Origin: Protoeuglena noctilucae
Lineage: Eukaryota
Length of the DNA: 64,000 bases
NCBI GenBank assembly: GCA_958009085.1
Contig: OY253668.1
Location: 1,550,001 to 1,614,000 of the forward strand
Direction: 5' to 3'
This document shows positions 11,529 through 23,300 of this stretch, piece after piece. A program made the position numbers and the translations under genes. The notes under the pieces were generated by a model, which saw nothing but the letters and a program-made list of their open reading frames with translations, did not search any database and was not told where the DNA came from. Each line of letters starts with the position of its first letter. Within the stretch, counting starts at the first letter, position 1.

Positions 11529-13475
11529 TCAAACGATGCCCTCGGCCACCTTGACGACCGGCATCCCCCGCATGTTCGACACCAGATACAGGTAGCTGAA
11601 GTCCGCCAGGATGGCCGTCTGCACCACCTCCCCGAACAGGACCAGGTACGCCCACATGCCCTGGCTCAGCGAGTTCCACACCTCGCTGTGGGACTCGACG
11701 AGCTGCAGGATCCAGTGCGCCAGGCACAGGTACCGGGACAGCGCCAGGCAGAAGAAGTAGTGGCCCGTGAAGCGCTCCACGATCTTGGCGTTCTGCGCGG
11801 CAGACGCGACGGGTCGTCAAGGTCGCCGACGCGAGCGTGCGCGGGGTCTCGTCCGGCACTCCATTCCGCCCAGCACTCCACCCTGACAGTGGTGAGCCCT
11901 TCCTCGCCTGGAACATGTACAGCTGCGGCAGGTTGGACACCGCTTCCAAGTAAAGCGCCATGGCCCAAAAGACCGAGTCCACCAGGCGCACGGTCGCGCT
12001 GCGGTCCTTGGTGATGTGCGGGTGGACGACGAGGGCGAGGACCGCGCAGGGCACCGCCAGGTAGTACCAGTGCAGCCCGTCCAAGTCGCGGTTGGCCTTG
12101 TAGGTGGCCGAGAGGGGCACTAACATCATGAAGATGACCCAGAGCGTCAGGGTGAGCGCCGAGAAGTCCAGGAGGGCGTGCATGTTCTGTGGGTCTGCGG
12201 CCGGGGCGGGAGCGGCGAGCTTGTGTGGGGCCGGCGCAGGCCGGGATTGGACCAAGACGCGCCATCGCCAGGCCACTGACTCACCGAAGGGGCCGTGGGC
12301 GCGGCTCCAGACGACCTCGACGCGCAGGGAGACGAAGAGACGGAGGGAGAGGAAGAGCGCCGTGACGATCTGCATGTGCAGCGACAGGCCCGCGACGGAG
12401 CGCTTGGTCGAGATGCGCCAGATGAGCAGGGCGAGGCCGAAGAAGTGCGCGACCTCCGCGGCGATGTAGAGATGGTCAGTGCGGGTGCCCTTGGGCCCCC
12501 GGACGAGCGCCCGCACGACGAAGATGCCGAGGACGAGCGCGACGACCACCAGCAGCAGCTTGACCATCGTGCTCAGGCCGTCCCAGAAGCGGATGAGCCG
12601 GCCCAATGGCGTGTTGGGCGCGACCTTGGAGCTCCGAAGGGGGGGCGCCGCCCATGAAGACGCCTCGGAGGTCATGCCCAGCTCCAGCGACCGCGGCTGG
12701 CCCAGGGAGGGCCCCATCACGCCCCCCAGCGCCGGCGTCGGGGGCGCCGCTGCCGGGAGGCTGGGCGCCAAGGGCCCCGTGAAGGCAGCCGCCCGGCTGT
12801 AGGCCGCGGGGGTCGGGGACGCCCGGCTGTGGATGGGCGAATCCATTGGGTGCGGATCGGGGTGCGCGTGCCTCTGGCCGACGTGGCGCTGATACAGCGG
12901 GCTCGCGGGCGCGTCCGAGGCGTCATGGAGGGAGCGCTGGCTCGGGTAGCGCTGCGACGCTCCCAGGGGGCTGGGCATGGCTGGGTTCGGGCTGTGCGGG
13001 CCCGGGACGGGCGAGGGTATGTAGCCCGTCGACAGCGTCGGCTGCCTCCGGACGACCAGGGGCGGCCCCGTGGGGCCCCCTGCAACCCCGGTCCCCGAGC
13101 CTGCGGGCATGGCAGGACAGTCGGGTCGAGCGTGTGGATCGCTGGCGCGGCGCCGTCGGCGAGGCGCGGCCGGCTCCTGCGCACCTACACTGCCTCCATG
13201 ATCTACAGAAACCTGCCGCGGGCGCGACGCGGCGTTGGGAGCCCCGGAATTGACGGCGGGACCTGCAAAGGTCGCAGGCCGGGTGCGAGACGCGTGAGCG
13301 CTGCTTCTCAGGGCAGCCCTGAGCGGCTTCCCGTCCTTCCTACATAGCACTGTTCACCTGAGTAGCCGCCTGAGGATCTGACGTCCTGGTATGCGGGACG
13401 GAACGCCTGCTGCGCGGGCCAGGCTCCCGGGCCCTGGTGCGCGTTCTGAGAAGGCCCCGCGTCGCCACCCGGCAT
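11529..13475 (-). CDS. ER lumen protein-retaining receptor family (plant-type ERD2-related protein) with a long Pro/Ser-rich N-terminal extension
   Basis: AEVAHFFGLALLIWRI...SVAGLSLHMQ...YLEAVSNLPQLYMFQ|NAKIVERFTGHYFFCL...EVVQTAILADFSYLY. Start codon less certain. One GC-AG intron at 11793-11907. Confidence 0.88.
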
Positions 13476-14396
13476 CCCCTGCAGCAGCACGAAAATCAAA
13501 CAATGAAGCGGTAAAGTCCGACAGCGAAGGACGGCCCTGGGCGGCCTCCCTGGGCGCAGGCGTGAGCAGCACACAGCAAGGCCGTTGGGCAGCAGCGACA
13601 GCCCCCTACGGTCGCAGTCGAGATTGCTGCACTTCGGGGACATGATAAAGAAGCGTGTGCATGCCTGGAAAACCCCATCGGCAATCGTGGTGCGCAATGC
13701 AACCCTGCCTCGGGAAAATCGATCAGCGCCACACGGCAAATCACGTTCAGAGATCTTGAATCTGTTTCTGCATCAATCCGCCGCGCGAAAAGGCTAGCGC
13801 ACCCACCTGTCCCCCCGGCTGAGCGTTTTGCCGCTGGCGATCCGCGTTCATCGTCCCCCCAGTCCACCCCTGCGCAACGCCACACGATTTTCAAGTGGCT
13901 GATTGCAGGAATTGGGATCGCGCCTCGCTGGAGGACGGAGCAACCGTGCACTCTGGCGCCAGAGCCCCGAAGCCCAGCTCACGCGCTGCCCCATGCAGCC
14001 CTACTTGCCTGGCAGCGATTGTGAGCACCTATATGGCGCGCTTGAGCCGGTGCGGGCCCAGCGAGCGGGCAGCGTTGCGCCCGGCAGTTTAAACATCCGC
14101 GGTGACAGCCGGGAGCGCCGCGTAGGCTCCCGCAGCCCGCGGTCGCGTCGGTGCTGCTCTCACTTGCATGTATGTATCAAGACTAGGCAGCTGAACGAGA
14201 CGCCGGCCAGCACGCGCTGCGTAGGGCCCCTGCAGAGGTGCGTAGGGCTTCGCCCCCCAGCACCGCGCGAGTTCGCCCGGGGACGGCGCGGAAGAGAGCG
14301 CAAACACTGCCGTAATGTGCCAGGAGCATTAAATATCGAGCATGCAGTGCGCTAGCCCGACGGGAACCCTCGCCAGGCTCGCAGGGATCCCGGACG

Positions 14397-17300
14397 ATGG
14401 GCGTGCCGGGGGCTCTAGCCACGACGCGCGCGGCTCTCGCCATGGGCAAAAGCGAGCTGGAGGCTCTGGAGAGTAGCATGTCCATGGGCAGGCAGGTGCA
14501 GCGGCCCAAGGGAGCGTCGGGCGCGGAGGCGTCGCCCCCCACGGTGGCGCACGTCGCCGCCGGTCCCTCCCCACCGTCGGTGTTGCAGCCTGCCCGGTCC
14601 TGCGCTGAGAGCGGCGACATGGCCAATGCATTGCCTCTGGACGCCATGAGCGTCTCATCGTCCACAGAATTCAGCAGCCTGGCAGAGGTGACGCCGCGCA
14701 TCCGCCTGGTTCTGGTCTCAAACCAGTCTCCTGCGTTGGGTGCTAGCTCTGGACCTTTGACCGCCTCCACTACCGCGCAGATCGTGAATCGTGGAACCCG
14801 GCGGTCTGGGGCCTCGCGTGCGCGCAGCAAGCCGCACGGGGCCCGCCGCGACGCCGATGCCGACGCTGCCCTGGCGGCAGCGATGGAGGTCTACGCAGGA
14901 GCGGGGGGCCAGAAGCGCGGCCTTGTGTCCAGTTGGGCAGAGCGCGACGCCCACCTCGCCGCAGCCTCGAAGCGCGGAGCGCCGGCAGTGGCCGTCGGTG
15001 AGCGGGGTTGCCGTGCCTGCATGCAGAAGTGCATGGAGGGCTGGCGTCGTGTCCCAGACTCTCATCTACGCCAGTGCAACCCGTCGCTGCAGACCCGGCT
15101 GTGCGGGCCGTCATTGAGCTGGAGGCTGAGGTGGTGCGGTCTCAGCTTGTGGAGGCGCGGAGGGGCGAGAAGGAGGCTGCCCGGGCCCTGTTAGAGCGGA
15201 CCGAGGAGGCCGCCCGGCTCAGGGCACGCGTGGCCGACCTTGAGGCCAAGCTGCAGGAGCAGGCAAGCACTGGGCAGTGCACCGAGTGGACTGAACTGCC
15301 CTCCTCTCTCCCTGGGGCTGTCTTGGCTTTCCGCTTACACAGCATGACCTCTTGCGCGTCGCCGGCGCCAAGCATTGTGACGCCGTGCAGTCGGAAAACG
15401 AAATGCGGCCTCCGTCCTTGCACCTCAGGCGGCCCAGTCGGCGTCGGCATTGTCTGAAGCACAAAGGGCCCACGAGGACGCGACCAAGCAGGAGCGGGAG
15501 CGCGCCGCATCGGCTCTGGCCCGTGAGCAAGAGCGGTGGCGGAACGCCCAGGCGCAGGCTTTGGCGGAGGCGGAGGCGGTGCGGCAGGCGCAGAGCAGAG
15601 AAGGCGTGGAGCACCGAAGGGAAATGGAGCGCGTGCGGGCGCAGGTGGCCTCTCTCAGGTGCGCGGAGGGGGGGTGCAAGAGGGAACGTTCGGGTGTCAG
15701 CACTTGGGTCACGTGCGCGACGGACGTCTGCTTTGATGCCTCTCAGGGCGCGGCTGGCGGAGGCGCAGGAGGCGCGGAAGTCGTCACAGGAGGCGGAGGG
15801 CCGCGCGAGCAAAGCGGAGGCGGCCCTGTGCGAGGCGCGTGCGGCGCTGGCGGCGGCCCGCACCCAGGCGCAGAGTCTGGTGGAAGCCGAGCGGGCGCGG
15901 GCGTCGCGTCTCGAGGCGGAGCGCTCACGGCAGCTGGCGGAGCTTCAGGCGAGAGCGACGTGCATGGAAACAGAGGGCGCCTACGGTGGCCTGCGCGGTA
16001 TCTACGCGAGCGTTGTTTGCTGGGGCGCATCCGTCACTGTGGCCCTGCCTTCGCCACATGCAGACGCAAGTAGACGAGGCAGCCAAGGCCGCAGTGCAAG
16101 CCAAGAAGGACGCTGCGTTGGTGGAGCGTGTCAGCGCGGAGAGGGAGTCGGCCGCGCAGGCGCTGTCGGAGCGTGCGCAAGGTGACGGCAACACGCATGT
16201 GCTGCATCCAGGAGGAGGAGGCTTGAAAGGCGGCCTCACGTTCTAGTACTCGTGAGAACATCACTGACATACCTATGACGTCCCCGCGCGTGGCTGCAGA
16301 GCTCGAGGATGCCCTACAGGCCGCGAGGGGTGAGTTGGAGGCGGCGCGTGAGGAGGCGTCGGTGCTGCGGGCGCGGCTGTCCACGCAGGAGGCGGGCGGC
16401 ACTGTGGCGCGGATCAACCGACACCTCGAGGAGCAAGTGCAGGTGCGTCGCCTTGCAGGGGCAAGGCAGCGGTAGACGCGCGTTCTGCGACAGGGGTGGT
16501 GTGGACGCTCCTGCCGCTGAACACTTGCAACCGGACCCCAGGACGCCGTGCTGGGTCTTGCCAAAGTCACTATGGAGTATGCCAACTTATAAGGCTTTCC
16601 TGGCCTGCCGCAGGAGCTGCAGCGGGAGGTGGCGACGCTGGCAGAGGCGAGGGCGTCTGCCAAGGCCCGGGCAAACGAGCTGCAGCGAAGTTTGGAGGAC
16701 CTTCACCGTCGTCTGCGGGACGCGGAGGGGCGCGCGTCCGGCCTGCAGGGCGCGGCAAAGCGGGCAGAGGAGGGCAGGGTGGCTGCGGAGGAGGGCAGGG
16801 TGGCCGCAGAGGAGAGGGCGGAGGGCCTGGCGCATGCTCTGTCGAAATCCTCCCGCAAGGTCGCAGGTGCGTCCTTGCCAGGGCTCTCCCCTCAGGCTCA
16901 ACTGCGCACATGTGATACCAGCACCGGCCTCTGCGGCAGGTGCCAACGCACCCTGCCCCTTGCCTTCTTGTCGCTGCAGACCTGGAGACCGAGGTCTCGG
17001 CGCTCCGTGCCCGCGCGTCGGAGGCCCAGTCGACAGCCGAGGCCGCTGCAGAGGAGCTGCGGGCCGAGCGGGAGCGGCATGGGGAGCTGCAAGCGCAGAT
17101 GGCCGCGATGAAGGGTGACGGTATGGCCCAGGCAGCACGGGCGGATGCGGCAGAGCAAAGGGTCGCGGTGAGGGCCGGCGTGGCGGGGTGTTTGTAATGC
17201 ATCACCTCTGACACGGTGCAAGCTCGACTATTCCCAGTGTCATGGCACGCCGAGGGTCACTCCCATTGCCTCGCAGGAGCTCGAAGCGGCGCTGCATACG

Positions 17301-20300
17301 GCTCGCTCTGAAGCGGCCGTCCGCGAGGATCGTCTGGCGGAGATGCGGGCGGCGTTGAACGCGGCGGTGGAGGGCGCCCGGCAGCAAACGGCGATGGCGG
17401 CGGTGGAGGCGACGCAAGAGGCGGGGCTCAGGTGTGGCACTGCGGGCAGAGGAGCAGCGGGGATGAGACGGGACGCCGCCTGCGCCGGTGGTCGGCAGAG
17501 GGGCTGTCGTGTTTGCCGTGAGCCACGGTGCGTCACCAATCCTGGCGCGTTCCATGCAAACCTGCTCTGCGCTTGCCGATGAAGCATTGCCACTGTTTTC
17601 GAGGCACATCTCACGTGGTTACCCCCCACCTCGCGTCAACCCAGGGCTGCCGACCTCTCTGCGCGTCTGGAGGAGGCGAGGGCGTCGCTGGATGAGGCAA
17701 TGCAGGACCGGGACGCATTGGCCAAGGAGCTGGCATCCGCACGGTGAGTCCGCTGGAATGAACCATTCTTGTCGGTGGCTGACTGATCGCTGATGACGAC
17801 GCCTGCGCCGCACCCACCACTGAACTGGGCGGCACGCCGTGACGGGAAATGCTGGGCACAGGGCCCAGCGCCTCGGTTGTGCGGCTGCGTCACCCACTCT
17901 TCCAAACCACTGGGCTGCCGATCCTTCACTCAGGATGCTCCAAGCGGAGTCCCAAGTCGCCCTCACACGCGCGACCCGGGCGGCTGCGACGGCGGCCGAG
18001 CAAAAGTCTGCGATGGAGACGCAGGTGTCGCGCCTGGCGGACGAGCTCGCCGAGGCCCGGGCGCGGAAGGAAGGTGACAGCGCTGCCCGAGGGACGGACT
18101 GAGAGGGAGCAGGCTGAGGGCAAGGCCGCTGCTGGCCTTTGCAGCACAAATGGTCGCGACATGTCCCTGCATGTCTAATGTAATCAAAGCACGTCCCATG
18201 CAGTCGGCGTCTCGTCTTGTGACACAGATCTCGAGGCAGCCTTGAGGCACGCCGCCAAGGAGTGCACGGCATGGCAAGCCCAAGCGCACGAAGCACAGGC
18301 GAGGGCCGACGCGGCGGCTGTGGAGGCGAGGGATGTCCGGCAGAGCCTGCACCGCACTGAGGAGGCCAAGGGGGTCCTGGAGCGTCGCTTGCAAGCGGTG
18401 GAGGTGCGGGAGGATAGGGTGATTGATACCCCTCCAGCCACCAACTTGCCGCCCTGCCCCTTGCTGCTGGGGTCTGCGACAACATGGCTGCGCCATCGCC
18501 CATGCATCGACGCCTTTCGCGACCGCAGAGCCGCGCCGCGTCGGCGACGGCGGCTGAGGCACAGACGGACCTGACATCAGGGCGGCTCTCTGGGCTGGAA
18601 GTCACAGTGTCTGACCAGCAGCGCGCGCTGGCCGCGCTCCAGGACAGCCTGCAGGCGGCTGAGGGCGCCCGTCTGGCGGCAGAGACAGCGAGCCAGGCGG
18701 AGGCCCGCGGGGCTGCGGCGGTGGCGGCAGAGCGGGACACGGTGGTCGAGGAGGCGGCGGCGTTGCGTGCGGAGCGGGATGCGGCCGTCGCTCGGCTCGC
18801 CGCCGTCGAGGGCGAGCTGCGGGACGCCTCGGAGTGCCTGGTCCGCATGGAGGCGGCGAGGGCGGACGCCGAGGCGGCCGCGAGCGCTGCGGCAGGAGAG
18901 CTGGCCGACTGCTGCGCGGCGCTGGCGGACCGGGACGGGGCGCTGGCGGAGCAATCGGAGGCACGGGCGGAGCTGGAACGCCGGCTGGCGGCGGCAGAGG
19001 CCTCGGCGGCAGAGGCGTGCGCAGTGCGTGAGGCAGCCGAGGTTGCGGTGGGCGTGGCTCGGCAGGCCAGGGAGGAGGCGGAGCGGCGGGCGAGGGACTG
19101 GGAGGACGGGAACCGGGACGCCGCGGCGTACGCGCAGCGGCTGCGGGAGCGGGCGGAGGTTGCGGAGAGGGAGCTGGGCCAGGCAAGGGACACGGGGTGG
19201 CAAGCTGGGCGACGCGGCCGGTGCAAACACAGTGCCTGCGTGTGCTGGCGCGGTGGCAATAGCGATGGCTGGTAGGTGCGCTGTACGTTTGCTATGGCGA
19301 GGACTATGCGTGCCACCTCTCATCGTTCGTTCGCAGGCTAAGGCACGGGTGGCAGAGCTGGGGGCATCTCTGAAAGAGGTGGTCGGGGCCGCAACGGAAG
19401 AGCGGGAGCGGGCCCAGGGGCTGGAGGCGGCGCTTCAGGACACGACAGGGAAACTGGCGTTGGCAGAGGGCGCGCTGCTACAGCTCCGCAAGGTGCGCCG
19501 GGGCACTGAGCATTGGCGAGAGCCCACGGCGGTGCGAGCCGGGCAATGGGTGCGCACTTGGGTGGTGGTGCAGTGGCCAATGTCGGACGCCCTCCCTCGG
19601 CGCACCGCAGGAGTGGTGGGACCGCATATGCCGCGCGCGCTATGCGCATGCGAGGGCGGAGAGGGCGACGACCCGGGCGCGACCCCTGGCCGTGCGGGAG
19701 CGGGGCCTGGCGCGGGGCCTGCGGGCCGCCCTCGCCGCCAACCGGGAGCTGGAAGAGGCGGTGGCGGCAGCGCGCGGCGCGTCGCGTGATGCCGAGGCGA
19801 GGGCGCGTGTGGCCGAGGGCGAGGCCCGTGCCCGGGGACAGCAGCTGGCGGCCTCGGAGGCAGCCATCGCCGAGTGCGAGGAGCGGCTGCGGGCGCGGTC
19901 CCAGCAGGCGTCCGAGGCGTCCACGGCGCTGGCGAAGTTGCGGCAGGACCATGCCATGGTGCAGCGCGCACTGCGGGAGCTGCGGGGCGTGCAGGAGGCG
20001 GCGGAGAGCCAGCGGGAAGAGGCGAGAGTGCGGGAGGTGCAGCTGCGAGATGCGCAAGCACGGGAGGTGCAATTGCGGGAGGCCCTTGCCAAGGAACGTG
20101 CTGCGACGGTGGAGGCTGCGGAGCAAAGGGACTTGGCCGCAAGGCGGCTCCGTGACGCGCTCGCGAGCGCCGAGGAGCTCGCGTGCCGCGCCAGGGCCCT
20201 CGAGGCGCAGCTGTCGGAGCGGCGCGCGGCGCAGGAGCTCGCCACCCTGCCAGGGCTGGCAGTGGCCCCGGTGGATCCAAACCCGGTGGCCGACCAAGGC

Positions 20301-23300
20301 ACTTCATCCGCACCACTGGACGGCATAGCTGAGCGGCACGCCAGGGGCGAGCTCGAAGCCGAGGCCAACGCAGCAAAGGTGAACAGCAGGCGTGCAGCTG
20401 TGCTTGCGGGCATCAGTGTTGCCGCATCCTTTGCCCACCTTCCGTGTGCACGCCGTGGCTGCTCGTGACCCTGACTTCGGCATGGCACCCGCAGGCAAGC
20501 GCTGAGAGCGCGCGTGCGCGGGCAGCCATGCTTGAGCATCGTGTGGAGGACCTCTGCGCGGCGTTGGAGGCGAAGGACCGCCGCCTGCATGAGATGCGAA
20601 TGGCGCTGGCACAGGCCATGGACGCCAGCGCCATCAATAGTAGCAGAGCCACTGCCGCCAGCTCCAAGGCGACGGCGGAACGGGCGTGCCAGTGCGATGC
20701 GGCGGTCGTGACAGACCGGGCAAACCAGTGCGATGCCGCAGTATTGGCAGAGCGGGCGTGCCAGGCGGGGGGCGGCGAGGTGACAGTCAGCGCGGACGGG
20801 CGAGCGTGGACGGCGCGAGAGCTTTGGGAGGCGCTGGGAGAGGCCAAGCGGCACTACGCGGCGGCGCGGAACGAGCTGGCGCGGCTGCGGCAGGCCACGC
20901 CGGCGCAGGGCGACTGCGAAGGGCAGGCCCAGCGCTGTGGGTGGAGGGCGGCGATCGAGCCAGCCACAACGAGGGTCGCGACGCTGATGGACAAGCTGGG
21001 GCTCAGTTCCGACGTCGACGGCGGCTCGATGGATGCGGCCGGGGACGTGGCTGGTCATCTGGAGGCCCTGGTTGACTGGGCCGAAAGGGCGGCACAGCGA
21101 CTGGCGGCCGCGGAAGGAGCGGCGCAGGAGGCGGCAGAGGTCTGGGCGGATCGCGAGGTGGTCATGCGCAGAGCGGAGGAGCTGGAGAGGGCGCTGCGGG
21201 AAGCGCAGACGGCGCGGGAGGCGGCCGTCTCGGCAGCGCAAGAGGCAGAGCGGCGAGCGCGGCGGTGCGTGATGGAGCGAGACAGCGCGGCTGCGGAGGC
21301 GAGGGCGGCGCGAGATCAGGCGAGAGAGGCGGGCAGGGTCGCGGAGCAAGCGGCGCGGCAGGCGGAGTCCGGAGGACCGCTTGGGCCCGGCCTGACGGCA
21401 CCGTCACCCGAAGTGCCCCAGGTGGGGACCCATGGCGCTGAGGCGGTCGTGAGGCGGGCGAGGGCATCGGGGCGGGAGCCGGAAGGGCCGCGGGAGGAGG
21501 CGGGGGTGCAGTGCGCGCCGCGGGTGGTCGACAGGGGCGTGCAAGCGGGGAGCTCAGGTGCCGCTGACGACGACGTTGCCGCGGTGGGGTCGGAGGGCGG
21601 GAGTCGCAGCGAGCCTGAGAGCGCGGTGTTGCGTGAGGACCTGGCAGGGGCGCTGGCTCGGCTGGCGGACGTGGCGGGGGCGTTGGAGGACGCGCGGGGA
21701 CAGTGGAGCGAGGCGGAGGCGAGGGTGCGGGACCTGGAGGGGGCGCTGAGCCGCGCTGAGAGTGGGGAGAGGGCGGCCCGGGAAGCGGCAGCAGAGGCGG
21801 AGGCGCGTTTGGAAGAGGTGGCCAGGCAGGGAGCAGAGGTGGAGGCACGATTGGAAGAGGCAGTGAGGCTGCGGGCGGACTTTGAGGCGCAGTGTGGCGC
21901 GGCTGGCCTGGAGGTGGCGCGGCTGCGGGGTGAGCTGACGCGGGCCGAGGCCGGGATGGCTGCGGCCGAAGAGGAGGCGGCGCAGCTGAGGGGCGACTGC
22001 GAGGTTGGAACGGCGGAGGCGGCGCGGGTGGCGAGAGCAGCCAAGGAGGCCGTGGCGGATGCGGAGAGGGCGCGAGACGCCGCCGTCGAGCGTGTGCGGG
22101 CCGCGGAGGCCGAGAGAGCTGCGGCGGAGCGCGCGAGGGAGGCTGCAGAGGCGCAGCTGCGGGAGGCGGAAGCGGAGGTGGCGGGGCTGAGAAGTGACGT
22201 GGCGAGGCTGGAGGAGGCGGCGAGGGACGGGCAGCGCGCGGCTGGAGAGCTTGCGGCTGCGAGGGAGGACCTGGCCAAGGCGAGGGAGGAGGTGGCGGTG
22301 CTGTCAGCAGAGGCGAGGGTCGCGGTGGGCGAGCTGGAGAGGGCGCGTGGGGAAGCTGAGAAGGCGCATGCGGAAGTCGAGAGGGCGCGTGGAGAGGCAG
22401 AGGAGCTGCGGGTTGAGGTGGAGGGCCTACGTGGGGAGCGTGACCGAGCGATGAGAGAGGCCCAGGAGGCTGGCAGGCGCGCAGAGGCGGCTCAGGCAGA
22501 GGCTGAGCGAGCGCGGAGAGAGGCCGCGGGGGCGGCGGCGGGGCACGGGGAGCGCGTGTCTGCGCTGGAGGCGGCGGTTGCGGCAGCAGAGGCACGCGCG
22601 CGGCGTGCGGTGACGGACGCGGATGCGTGGAGGACGAGGGCGGAGGAGGAGGGAGAGGCGGCGCGGGCGGCGGAAGAGAGGGCCGTAGAGCAGCGGTGAG
22701 GGTTTATAGGGCTGGGACAGTGCGGGGTCGCCAGCAATGGCGTTGCGAGCAAGCTTTGGTTTGCGCGGCCAGGGTTGGGAATGTGAAGGCAAGAGAGCGC
22801 TGAAATCTCCGCCGTGTGAGTCGATGCAGGTCGGTGGCTGCTGAGCTCTTGTCGCGGTGTGCGGACCTGGAGGCGCGCCTGGCTGCGGCGGAGGAGGCGG
22901 CGGTGCGGACGGACCGGGCAGCGAGCGAGGTCGCGGGGCAGCAGGCGGCGAGCGCCTGCAAGGCGCTCGGCGACGCGACGCAGCGCCTGAGGGAGGTGCG
23001 GCACGGCTTTGGTCATGGGCGAGCTTCGGTGCTGGTCCCCTGGGATGCCGTGCGTCAACCCAGAAACCACAGTTCACGCGCGAAAGGTTTACGTCGTTGC
23101 TTAGATCACCCATGTATGCTGCAACCCCGCCCCTGTCTGGGTCTTGGGCCTGCACCGCCGCTGCGGTGCCGTTTCCGTCGCAGGCGGTGGCGTCGCTCAA
23201 CGCCAAGGAGCAGGAGTTAGAGGACGCGAGGGTGGCCAAAGCGAAGGCAGAGGAGGAGGCGGGGCGACTGAGGCGATTGCTGGCCCAGAGTCAGCGCCGA

